In this document: positions 47,629-56,089 of the stretch, piece by piece | Numbering within the stretch: position 1 is the first letter of the stretch | How the letters are laid out: each line of letters starts with the position of its first letter | From: a virus | Taxonomy: Duplodnaviria; Caudoviricetes | Virus record (IMG/VR): IMGVR_UViG_3300027759_000043 | DNA: 64,000 nt | Reading direction: 5' to 3' (one strand) | Position numbers and translations under genes: made by a program | The notes under the pieces: generated by a model | What the model was told of the DNA's origin: nothing | Database searches by the model: none | Seen by the model: only the letters and a program-made list of their open reading frames with translations

Positions 47629-48918
47629 GTGCCTTCAATTTTGACCCCATTACAAATGATCGCGGGTGCCACACTCAGCAACAATCAAGGTGTGGCCATT
47701 GCTACCAATTTTACCAACGCCATCTCTTCTTATACCGGCACCACGTTACTTGCACCATTGTTTGTGGCCTTGGGCAACAGCGCCAATGCCAACTTGAGCG
47801 TGACTACTCTCAACAGTCTTGAGGTCATGGCCGCCAACAGTTGTCCTGCATTGGCAGACAGCACACCTGTATCATATGCCAGCAACATAGGCAACATACT
47901 AGGTCCACGAATACAAACAACATTCACCACAAACTATACCACATTCAGCGGAAATATTAACGGTAATGTATTGACTGTGACCAGTACGCCGGCACCAAAT
48001 CTCATATACGTGGGATTACAAATAGGTGCTGTGGGGACCAGTGCCAACACTTTTATCACAGCCGACATCAGCGGTGGTGGCGGCGCAGGCGATTATGAAA
48101 TAACTCCTGACCAAGATGTTCCTGATACCACAATAGCCGCCAATCCATCATATGCCTCTTATGGCAATAGTATTGCAGGATTTACTGGAGTCATAACTGA
48201 CATTGGTAATACCTATCTTGGTCAAGGCAATACTACAGTTTTTGCACAGGTGTTTTCAGCCGCACAAGGTTACATAAATCAAAACAATGATTTTATCAAC
48301 ACTGCCTACAACAGTCAAACCTATCTAGGCAGTACGTTTACTTCCATGAACAGTTTGATAACTGGTAACTTGACCGATGTCAACCTGGCCTTGCCTTCTT
48401 TTGGTAGTGATCTAGCAAGACTTGGATATTTGATTGATCTAGCCAACCTGGGCAACTTTGGATTACCTAGTACTGTGTTCCGGCAGTTGGCCACAGTGAC
48501 CAACCTAACTCCCAGAATCACCATAGCACTCAAACAGGTGGGATTCACTACCATACAAATTGAACGCATTACTGACCCTGACGCCACACTGACTGATACT
48601 GAAGAAGCCAAACTATATCGAGCCATGTTGTTGGTAACTGATGTGGCACTACAACAGGTATGTGACATTCTCAGAATCACTTTGCCAGTGGCAGGTGTGA
48701 ACACAACTCAACCACAGAATCCTGGACTGACCTCCATGGCCGACTTGTTGAATCCTGTAAAAATCTTTCCTACCAGTTATGCCAGCCTCACAGTGAGAAC
48801 TTACAATCAAAATACCACCAGTGAGTTGCGAGCCATCTATCTAGATGCAACTGGTAATGTCAACAGCAATTTGTTACAGTACCTGCCAAGGTATGTATTA
48901 ACGGTGGTGCCAGCATGA
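47629..48918 (+). CDS. Baseplate/tail-associated structural protein
   Basis: Follows PAAR; Thr/Asn/Ala-rich; GTG start. Confidence 0.55.
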   Translation: MPSILTPLQMIAGATLSNNQGVAIATNFTNAISSYTGTTLLAPLFVALGNSANANLSVTTLNSLEVMAANSCPALADSTPVSYASNIGNILGPRIQTTFTTNYTTFSGNINGNVLTVTSTPAPNLIYVGLQIGAVGTSANTFITADISGGGGAGDYEITPDQDVPDTTIAANPSYASYGNSIAGFTGVITDIGNTYLGQGNTTVFAQVFSAAQGYINQNNDFINTAYNSQTYLGSTFTSMNSLITGNLTDVNLALPSFGSDLARLGYLIDLANLGNFGLPSTVFRQLATVTNLTPRITIALKQVGFTTIQIERITDPDATLTDTEEAKLYRAMLLVTDVALQQVCDILRITLPVAGVNTTQPQNPGLTSMADLLNPVKIFPTSYASLTVRTYNQNTTSELRAIYLDATGNVNSNLLQYLPRYVLTVVPA

Positions 48919-49862
48919 TTACCTATGAACGATTGAGCAAAATTATACCTGCTGACCAAGCCTTGGCCTGCAAGGCTGTAAGTGTGAGCCTGCAACAAAT
49001 AAAAAATGTCAGCACACTGTCATCGCCGCAGTTGGCTGTGGCCTTTGTGGCCACTGTGACCACCAAGGATCTTGATCAAATCAATGCACTCACAGTGGCA
49101 GTACCAGCCAACGTGGCTGCCTACTATACTGACACCTACGCCACAGGCACCGGCACAGGTAACACCTTGGTACTGACAGACTTGCTGGGTGCCGCTGTGG
49201 GTATAACCTATATAGATCAATTGAACAATGTGGTGACCACACTGAACTCAGTTGGTAACGTGGGCGGCTTATCTAATCTAACAACCATTTACACCAGAAT
49301 GGAAAACACAGTAAACGGTGTTTATGGCAATGCTGTGTCGGGTCCGGTTACCATCCCTGCAGGTTATGCCGCGGGTACCTATGCCAATGCAGATGTGGCA
49401 TTTAGTACAGCACTGATTCCCAATGCTGTGGTTGAAATTGGCAATGTTGTCACAGCATACCCAACCGAAACCACATCAATGAATACAGAGTTTGATACCA
49501 TGGCACAAAAGGTTCTAACTGAAAGCAACAACTTGACCTTGGCCACTATAAACATAGCCGAACTAACCACTACTGATCGTGGTCCGGTCATGAGTTTTGT
49601 TGAAAGCCTGCCCACATATGGCGTCAACCGAGAGCAAAATGGGCCCACCTGGTTCCTGGAGCAAGTGGCAGATTTAACCACACTGGGCGGGCAAGCAATT
49701 GTGGGCTGTTTGCGTGAGGGGCAAAATCTTGTGATTCTTAATAATGCGGGAATTGGGGTAGATACCAATATCCCCAGCCAGCCCAGTTCGCCCAATCCGG
49801 TTGCAAATCTTATCCCAGCCACGTATACTGAAGCACAAGCAGCCAATTTAGTGGTAAAATAA
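48915..49862 (+). CDS. Baseplate/tail-associated structural protein
   Basis: ATGA-coupled; composition similar to the upstream gene. Confidence 0.55.
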   Translation: MITYERLSKIIPADQALACKAVSVSLQQIKNVSTLSSPQLAVAFVATVTTKDLDQINALTVAVPANVAAYYTDTYATGTGTGNTLVLTDLLGAAVGITYIDQLNNVVTTLNSVGNVGGLSNLTTIYTRMENTVNGVYGNAVSGPVTIPAGYAAGTYANADVAFSTALIPNAVVEIGNVVTAYPTETTSMNTEFDTMAQKVLTESNNLTLATINIAELTTTDRGPVMSFVESLPTYGVNREQNGPTWFLEQVADLTTLGGQAIVGCLREGQNLVILNNAGIGVDTNIPSQPSSPNPVANLIPATYTEAQAANLVVK

Positions 49863-49938
49863 ACATCTAATACGTGTTTCTACTAAATATTATTCTGTGT
49901 TTATAACTGAACACAATCTTTTTAAAAGGAAAAACTAA

Positions 49939-50478
49939 ATGAAGAAAATCTTCGCAATCTTGGCTTTGGCCATCACAGGTACTGCATTTGCAGCCGACAG
50001 TTTCACTGTCGAAGGTCAGCACATCAACAACGCAGGTGCTGCCGCTCAACAACAATATGTTTTGGGTGTAAAGAAAGAGTTCAACGGCTTCGCTGGTGAC
50101 TTGGCAGTGTCTAATGCACAAACTGAAGGTACCAACGCTTTGAGCACACGCCTTGAAGCCGGTGCTACAGTACCCGGTCCAGTTGGATTGTATGCTCGTG
50201 CCGCAATTGGTCAAAAGTATAGCAACACCACAGACTTCTCATACTACTCAGTTGAGCCAGGCATTGCCGCTCCAATTGGTTATGGGTTGACTGCTAAGTT
50301 TGGATATCGTTTCCGTAGTGCTTTTGATGGCTCACAGAACAATGACCAAACACAAACAGCACGTTACTCATTGGCTTATGCTTTGAGTAAAGACGATACT
50401 GTTGCTGTCAAGTATGACCGTGTCAAAGGCGACAGCAATCAAAAGGTTGTTAGTGTAGCATACACACGTGGTTTCTAA
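49939..50478 (+). CDS. Outer-membrane beta-barrel (porin-like) protein
   Basis: Sec signal MKKIFAILALAITGTAFA, alternating strands, C-terminal YTRGF; TAAATA plus SD. Confidence 0.8.
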   Translation: MKKIFAILALAITGTAFAADSFTVEGQHINNAGAAAQQQYVLGVKKEFNGFAGDLAVSNAQTEGTNALSTRLEAGATVPGPVGLYARAAIGQKYSNTTDFSYYSVEPGIAAPIGYGLTAKFGYRFRSAFDGSQNNDQTQTARYSLAYALSKDDTVAVKYDRVKGDSNQKVVSVAYTRGF

Positions 50479-50525
50479 AAAGTAACACTTTTTATTACCC
50501 CGAAAAGGTAATACTCAAGTACTAC

Positions 50526-50555
50526 AAAACCCTGCCCAGTGCAGGGTTTTCTTTT
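50526..50555 (+). terminator. Intrinsic terminator
   Basis: AAAACCCTGC-ccagt-GCAGGGTTTT. Confidence 0.85.
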
Positions 50556-50558
50556 GAT

Positions 50559-50587
50559 TTGACCAAATATTCAAGATCGGTTATAAT
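50559..50587 (+). promoter_or_regulatory. Early sigma70-type promoter
   Basis: TTGACC-N17-TATAAT, 6 nt before ATG 50594. Confidence 0.85.
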
Positions 50588-50593
50588 AATAAC

Positions 50594-50827
50594 ATGAAGT
50601 TAGAAATCAATGAAATACTACAGTGGGCCGGAGCGGTGTTTATCATCGCGGGACACAGTCTTAATGCTGTAGGCCCTAGTGCTTACCCCTATAACATACT
50701 TGCCTTCTTTTTAGGCACAATTTTGTTTATGGCCTGGACCATACGTGTTGCAAATAAGCCACAGTTGATGGTGAACATTGTGGCATTGTGCATTGGAGCA
50801 TCGGGACTGGTAAAAGCATTTGGTTGA
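50594..50827 (+). CDS. Small three-TM membrane protein
   Basis: Three hydrophobic segments in 77 aa. Confidence 0.7.
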   Translation: MKLEINEILQWAGAVFIIAGHSLNAVGPSAYPYNILAFFLGTILFMAWTIRVANKPQLMVNIVALCIGASGLVKAFG

Positions 50828-50852
50828 CTCAAAATTGTCTATTTGCTATAAT
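50824..50852 (+). promoter_or_regulatory. Early sigma70-type promoter
   Basis: TTGACT-N17-TATAAT overlapping the upstream stop. Confidence 0.85.
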
Positions 50853-50882
50853 ATACACATAAAGAAACAAAAGGAACTCAAA

Positions 50883-51023
50883 ATGACCGTAGCAGACTTT
50901 ATTGAAATTCTCCGCACCATGCCCGCAGACGCTCGTGTGGTTGCACATGACAGCGACTGGGGTTACACCACTCCTCTTGTGGAAGTGGATGACGACGGCG
51001 AAGTTGTAATCTCCGCAGGTTGA
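50883..51023 (+). CDS. Small early hypothetical protein
   Basis: SD AAGGA before ATG 50883. Confidence 0.65.
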   Translation: MTVADFIEILRTMPADARVVAHDSDWGYTTPLVEVDDDGEVVISAG

Positions 51024-51048
51024 CCCAAAATTACCATTTTGTTATAAT
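51020..51048 (+). promoter_or_regulatory. Early sigma70-type promoter
   Basis: TTGACC-N17-TATAAT overlapping the upstream stop. Confidence 0.85.
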
Positions 51049-51078
51049 ACTTGTATAGAAACTAAAAAGGAGCCTAAG

Positions 51079-51339
51079 ATGACAGAACAACAAAATCGCG
51101 AAATTAAAATGTACGGCACCACCGAATCCGCATTGCGTGAAAGTATTGAGCGTTCAATGACTTTCAAGGTCTCTGGGCCTGCAATGATTGTGGCTGGCAT
51201 GTTGAGCGACGTGCAAGAAATGATGGCGTATGGCCCTTATGACAGCGACACACTTGCTGTGATTCAAGAAGACCAGCGTCAACAACTCAATCGTGCCAAG
51301 TGGGTTTTATTTGAATACATGAGCGAGGAAAGAGTATGA
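51079..51339 (+). CDS. Small early hypothetical protein
   Basis: SD AAGGAG. Confidence 0.75.
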   Translation: MTEQQNREIKMYGTTESALRESIERSMTFKVSGPAMIVAGMLSDVQEMMAYGPYDSDTLAVIQEDQRQQLNRAKWVLFEYMSEERV

Positions 51340-51533
51340 GCAAAATGAGTGACATTAGCACAATGGTAGATGCCATTTGTGAAGACCGTGGCTATGACAG
51401 CCTTAAAGAATTTGACTACAGTGACGTTGAGTATCTTGCACAAGAACTTGGCATGTCGGTGGTGGCTGTGTGTGCAATCGTGCGCATTGAGGTTCCAGAA
51501 AACTGTAGTCCTTTTGCAACAGTCAACAGTTGA
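51336..51533 (+). CDS. Small acidic early protein
   Basis: ATGA-coupled; ends SPFATVNS. Confidence 0.65.
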   Translation: MSKMSDISTMVDAICEDRGYDSLKEFDYSDVEYLAQELGMSVVAVCAIVRIEVPENCSPFATVNS

Positions 51534-51558
51534 CCAAAAATTCGTTTTCGGTTACAAT
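51530..51558 (+). promoter_or_regulatory. Early sigma70-type promoter
   Basis: TTGACC-N17-TACAAT overlapping the upstream stop. Confidence 0.75.
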
Positions 51559-51588
51559 ACAATTTTAATCACTAACAAAGGAAATTTT

Positions 51589-51957
51589 ATGAGTTATACA
51601 TTTGCAGGTACCAGTGTTACCAAAGGTGTTCTTAAAGTTCGTTTTGCCAACTCAGATGCTCGTGCAAAACAGTTGGCCAAATTAGGTGACACAGACGTAA
51701 ACATTGTGCCCTTGCCCCATGTCATGGACAAGATTGCGGCAGTGGCACACTTGCTAAACTCCGACTTTGCCAAGGATATCTTGGTTCGTGCTGTGCTAGA
51801 AGCAGAGATTGCACCCAAGGCAAAAGTCAAAGCACCTCGCACTGTCAAGGTGCGTGTGAAGTCAGCCCGGCCCAAGGCAAAGGCAAAGACAAAGTCTACA
51901 GATGCAACTGAGGCTGAAGTTGATGCGTTGTATGCGGCAGTTTACGGCAACAAATAA
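51589..51957 (+). CDS. Early protein with a Lys/Ala-rich histone-H1-like segment
   Basis: SD AAGGA; PKAKVKAPRTVKVRVKSARPKAKAKTK. Confidence 0.7.
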   Translation: MSYTFAGTSVTKGVLKVRFANSDARAKQLAKLGDTDVNIVPLPHVMDKIAAVAHLLNSDFAKDILVRAVLEAEIAPKAKVKAPRTVKVRVKSARPKAKAKTKSTDATEAEVDALYAAVYGNK

Positions 51958-52103
51958 TGATAGTCAACGCCTTTTTTGTTTGGCTCAATTGGCGCATTGC
52001 TGATTGGTGCTTTGAAAACAACAGCCCCGGTTGGGGCTGGGCAAACATTTTCTTCAGCGCCTACAACGGTGCTATTATTGCATTTCAGTTATTCGGAGGT
52101 TAA
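51957..52103 (+). CDS. 48-aa membrane microprotein (not in ORF track)
   Basis: TAATG coupling; MIVNAFFVWLNWRIADW...FQLFGG. Confidence 0.55.
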   Translation: MIVNAFFVWLNWRIADWCFENNSPGWGWANIFFSAYNGAIIAFQLFGG

Positions 52104-52104
52104 C

Positions 52105-52461
52105 ATGGGATTGGACATGTATGCATACACTGCCGCTAAAGAACAAGCGGACTCGGAAACTAGCCAGCGTGAAATTGCCTACTGGCGTAAGCATCCTAAT
52201 CTGCATGGCTGGATGGAACGACTTGCTGAATCAAAAAATGTAGAGTACAGCACATTTAACGGCGTTGAATTGGAACTTACTTGGCAGGATCTAGACGATC
52301 TAGAACGTGCAATAACACATGGCCAATTGCCCTCCACATCGGGATTCTTTTTTGGCAACGAAGCAGATGACTTTTACAAAGAACAAGATCTTGAATTTGT
52401 TCGCAAGGCCCGAGCAGAATTGTTCTTGGGACTAAAAGTATTTTATAACTCTTCATGGTAA
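52105..52461 (+). CDS. Phage hypothetical protein (MGLDMY/YWRK type)
   Basis: SD GGAGG; MGLDMY...AYWRKHPNLHGWM...YNSSW. Confidence 0.8.
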   Translation: MGLDMYAYTAAKEQADSETSQREIAYWRKHPNLHGWMERLAESKNVEYSTFNGVELELTWQDLDDLERAITHGQLPSTSGFFFGNEADDFYKEQDLEFVRKARAELFLGLKVFYNSSW

Positions 52462-52472
52462 GGCTGTAAATA

Positions 52473-53846
52473 ATGAATGAAACTGATTTCTCCAACGAAA
52501 GGTTTGACGGTGTAATGGCCGCAGGCTGGATACGTGATCTAGAAAGTTCAGACAGTCGCATACACAAAGAAAAAACAATTGAAAAAGCACTAATGGCCGC
52601 CAAGTTGGGCAGTGCCGATGCACAATGTTTTCTCTTTAACTGCTACCAGGCTTACAATCCTTTCTATACTTTTAATATCCGTCAAGTGCCTGAAACAGAG
52701 GGCTTAACCGGACGGCCTAACCCTTGGGTAAGTTTTTGGGCCTTGCTAGAAGCCCTGCGTACCCGATACATCACAGGTAATCGTGCCAGGGAAGCCATTG
52801 AACAAATGAGCCAAGAGTTTGACAGTGACGAGTGGAACAACTTGGCTCGTAGAGTCATGATCAAAGATCTGCGTTGTGGCATTTCAGAAAAAACACTAAA
52901 CAAAGTCTTGGGCAAAACCGAATACCGGATTCCTGTGTTTACTTGTCAGTTGGCACAGGACTCCACAGACCAACCCAAGAAACTCAAAGGCATCAAGCGC
53001 CTAGAAGTCAAACTGGATGGTGTACGTGTGTTGGCAGTAATTGATGGCGACAATATTACCCTGTTCAGTCGCAATGGCAAAGAGTTTGAGAACTTTCCAC
53101 AGATTGCAGATGCCATTGAAGATGCCCGCAAGCACTTTCAATTTGGACGTGGCACAGGCGGTCGCTTTGTGTTAGATGGTGAGATTGTGGGTGAAAGTTT
53201 CCAGAAACTCATGAAGCAGGCACATCGCAAGAGTGATGCTAAGACTGAAGGCATGGTATATCATATTTTTGATATACTTCCATTAGAGTCATTGCAAGAA
53301 GGCCATTGTAACATACAACAGTACAAACGTATTGAGTGGATTGAGAGTGCAAAAGATCGTCTTAAAGATACACCTTGTCTGCGAATCATGAATGGCTTGG
53401 AAGTAGACCTAGATACCGCTGAAGGGCATGACATCATGCAACGATTTGCCGAAGCGTCGGTAGCAGAAGGCTTTGAAGGCATCATGATCAAGAGTATGGA
53501 CGCACCTTATGAGTGCAAACGCTCAGACTTCTGGATGAAATGGAAACCCACTATTAGTGTTGATCTCAATATTGTGGGTTTTGAACAAGGTACTGGTCGC
53601 AATGCAGACCGGTTGGGTGCTATAATTTGTGAAGGAACAGATAATGACCGTAGAATTCGTGTTAATGTTGGTAGTGGGTTTAGTGATACTCTTCGTGATG
53701 AGTATTGGGCCAATAGGGATCAGTTACTTGGTCACTTGGTTGAAGTCCAAGCGGACGCAGTTACCCAAAACCAAGACGGAACCTACAGTCTCCGATTCCC
53801 AAGGTTCTTGAGATTTAGAGATTTTGAGGCCGGAGAAAAAGTTTGA
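52473..53846 (+). CDS. lig: ATP-dependent DNA ligase
   Basis: EVKLDGVR, LDGE, FDI, EGIMIK, WMKWKP, SLRFPRF. Confidence 0.95.
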   Translation: MNETDFSNERFDGVMAAGWIRDLESSDSRIHKEKTIEKALMAAKLGSADAQCFLFNCYQAYNPFYTFNIRQVPETEGLTGRPNPWVSFWALLEALRTRYITGNRAREAIEQMSQEFDSDEWNNLARRVMIKDLRCGISEKTLNKVLGKTEYRIPVFTCQLAQDSTDQPKKLKGIKRLEVKLDGVRVLAVIDGDNITLFSRNGKEFENFPQIADAIEDARKHFQFGRGTGGRFVLDGEIVGESFQKLMKQAHRKSDAKTEGMVYHIFDILPLESLQEGHCNIQQYKRIEWIESAKDRLKDTPCLRIMNGLEVDLDTAEGHDIMQRFAEASVAEGFEGIMIKSMDAPYECKRSDFWMKWKPTISVDLNIVGFEQGTGRNADRLGAIICEGTDNDRRIRVNVGSGFSDTLRDEYWANRDQLLGHLVEVQADAVTQNQDGTYSLRFPRFLRFRDFEAGEKV

Positions 53847-54049
53847 TGATCCCCTTGTATGAAATAGTGTTGGTGGCTGTGATGGTAACTCAAGGTCCTG
53901 CAGGCGGACCGTTGACGTTGGAGTACCAGCCACTGGACTACTACACGTCTTGGAGTACCTGTTTAAAAGAGGAACGTAAACTACAGGCACGACTCAAGGA
54001 ACGAGAAAGAATCAAAGCCTATATTTGTTTAAAAGTTGATAGAGTATAA
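53843..54049 (+). CDS. Small hypothetical protein
   Basis: 68 aa; hydrophobic N-terminus, two Cys. Confidence 0.55.
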   Translation: MMIPLYEIVLVAVMVTQGPAGGPLTLEYQPLDYYTSWSTCLKEERKLQARLKERERIKAYICLKVDRV

Positions 54050-54053
54050 CGCA

Positions 54054-54281
54054 ATGACAGCAAAATCAGCCAATGGTGTTCGTGGACACCTATTAAATTT
54101 AATTGACGGAACAGTTGTTTTTCGTGTGTACGATGCGGAGCACAACTTTATAGACTATGACTTGCATCATAGTGATTTGTGTGTTACAATTACAGATCCT
54201 GATGCATATTTTTATCATCAAGGTGGCCAAGACATACTGGATCACGCACCTATGACATTGGGAATTAAAAATGATACTTGA
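54054..54281 (+). CDS. Small hypothetical protein
   Basis: In-operon ORF. Confidence 0.6.
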   Translation: MTAKSANGVRGHLLNLIDGTVVFRVYDAEHNFIDYDLHHSDLCVTITDPDAYFYHQGGQDILDHAPMTLGIKNDT

Positions 54282-54390
54282 AATATTTGTAGCAGGAATG
54301 ATCACGGCCTTTGGTTGGTGGACTAGCACACACTACATAATCGAACCTTACTTCCCACCACCTATCGAAAAGAAAGTGGAACAAAAATGA
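54271..54390 (+). CDS. 39-aa membrane microprotein (not in ORF track)
   Basis: MILEIFVAGMITAFGWW...; ATGA coupling to the next gene. Confidence 0.55.
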   Translation: MILEIFVAGMITAFGWWTSTHYIIEPYFPPPIEKKVEQK

Positions 54391-54827
54391 AAATTGGACT
54401 CAGTTACAGTCGTTGTGTTCGTGACATTGTAGACGGTGTAGTGGACATTGATGATGTATTGGTGCTGATCACTCGTACAGATTTTGATCCGCACAATGAT
54501 GAACAGTGGCAGAGTATTTGGATTGGTTATGGCGGCGGTACAGAAAATGTCTATAGCCGTGGATTCTTCAGTCACAGCAATCCTGAATGGGCTGGATATC
54601 ATGACGAGGATCAATTCCGTAGTGTCAGTATTGAACTTTGGGAAACTGGCAAGTTACATCAGCCACGCAAGTTTGGTGTAAAGCCTGCTCGTCGTCCTGA
54701 AATATGGTTGGAAACTGTGCTACCAGATTCAGAGTTAGAATCTCGTCCGGCAGTAAAAGAGGCTTGGGATCAGTTCCAGACCCTTGCAGGCTTGACCAAT
54801 ACCCGACTAGACAAGAGTTACAGATGA
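54387..54827 (+). CDS. Hypothetical protein
   Basis: 146-aa ORF. Confidence 0.7.
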   Translation: MKIGLSYSRCVRDIVDGVVDIDDVLVLITRTDFDPHNDEQWQSIWIGYGGGTENVYSRGFFSHSNPEWAGYHDEDQFRSVSIELWETGKLHQPRKFGVKPARRPEIWLETVLPDSELESRPAVKEAWDQFQTLAGLTNTRLDKSYR

Positions 54828-54839
54828 AGGAGAACAAGC

Positions 54840-56078
54840 GTGCCTAAAAAAATCAAAACAGCAGAAGTAGAAACTGTAAATCCCGAGTATGACAAACTCT
54901 TAGAGGTGTTAAAGTTCACACCACGCACCTACAAGATTAGTATGTGGGGGTATGGTGGTGAAAAGGTCATGGGCACAGTAGACCGTGCGGTCTGGGACTA
55001 TTGCATGGAGAACCAAGTTGACTTGTCTGAAATTGCGTGGAGTGATGAAGAAACAGTGCAAGATGAAATGGGTCTTGATATCGATATGCTACCATTTACT
55101 CCTGGTAGTTGGTATGAATGTGATGACATGGTACACACTAACGGTGTTAGTCGTAATGCCGGAACACTACAAATCGAAGATGAAAATGGCACAGTAGTGT
55201 TTGAAAAATCCTTAGACGATTGTGACGGCAGTAGTGAAGACAGCCCAGTATGGAGTTGTAATGATGAAGCATGGGTTGGTAGTAAGCCTGCAGGTACTGT
55301 GGTGTTCATTGGCACCAGTAATGAAAAAGGCACATTCTTTGAAGGTGAGATTGAACTTACACAACCATTTGACATTGAAAAGTTGGTGCTGGGTTACGAT
55401 GACATCGACGGTGAAGAACTAGTTAATAGTGTTGAATACGATGGTGAAGATATTGATAACTGGGGTGGTAGCACAGACGGTAAGAGCAGTGACTTTGGAA
55501 TGTATCTTGTGAAAGACAGCAACACCTGGGAAACTTATGCTCCTGAAGAAAAAGACTGGGGTCATCCCCCGCATGGCACCAGTCCCGCCACTTGGGAACG
55601 ATCCGAGACATTCAAGTTTGATAAAGTCAAACCCACCTTGCCCGGTTACTATAGTTGTACCTGGAAGCATTTTGGAACCACATATGGGTCGGCCTACTGG
55701 GATGGCACACAGTTTGGTGAATGGGAATACGGCAAGTTCACGCCCATCACCGGAGAGATTGTGACTTGGTCAGGATACAACTGGGACACCACATCATGGG
55801 TTAATCAACCACCAGAACCTGTAGATGTTGCCTGTGACAACAAAAAGTGCGGTTGGATAGGAATGGCTGAAGAGCGTCGTACCGATGATGACTATAACGA
55901 CCATTGTCCCGAGTGTGATGGCACCGAGTTTACTTATATTGACTATGACCCAGACTCGGCAGTTGGACGTAAGAATCGTGCTAAGTACTGCAAAGAGTGG
56001 GATCCAGCAGTGGCACTAGATCGAATCGTAGCATCTGCAGATGAAGAACCGGCCAAGTGGCCAGCAACAAGACCTTAA
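54840..56078 (+). CDS. Acidic multi-domain hypothetical protein with a Zn ribbon
   Basis: SD AAGGAG; CDNKKC...HCPECD near the C-terminus. Confidence 0.75.
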   Translation: MPKKIKTAEVETVNPEYDKLLEVLKFTPRTYKISMWGYGGEKVMGTVDRAVWDYCMENQVDLSEIAWSDEETVQDEMGLDIDMLPFTPGSWYECDDMVHTNGVSRNAGTLQIEDENGTVVFEKSLDDCDGSSEDSPVWSCNDEAWVGSKPAGTVVFIGTSNEKGTFFEGEIELTQPFDIEKLVLGYDDIDGEELVNSVEYDGEDIDNWGGSTDGKSSDFGMYLVKDSNTWETYAPEEKDWGHPPHGTSPATWERSETFKFDKVKPTLPGYYSCTWKHFGTTYGSAYWDGTQFGEWEYGKFTPITGEIVTWSGYNWDTTSWVNQPPEPVDVACDNKKCGWIGMAEERRTDDDYNDHCPECDGTEFTYIDYDPDSAVGRKNRAKYCKEWDPAVALDRIVASADEEPAKWPATRP

Positions 56079-56089
56079 AGGAGAAAACT

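Noticed and set aside
52467-52475. TAAATA directly abutting the ligase ATG as another leaderless case
   Set aside because: Zero-nt spacing is incompatible with +1 placement; the real start may be the downstream MAAGW, so it was excluded from the count.
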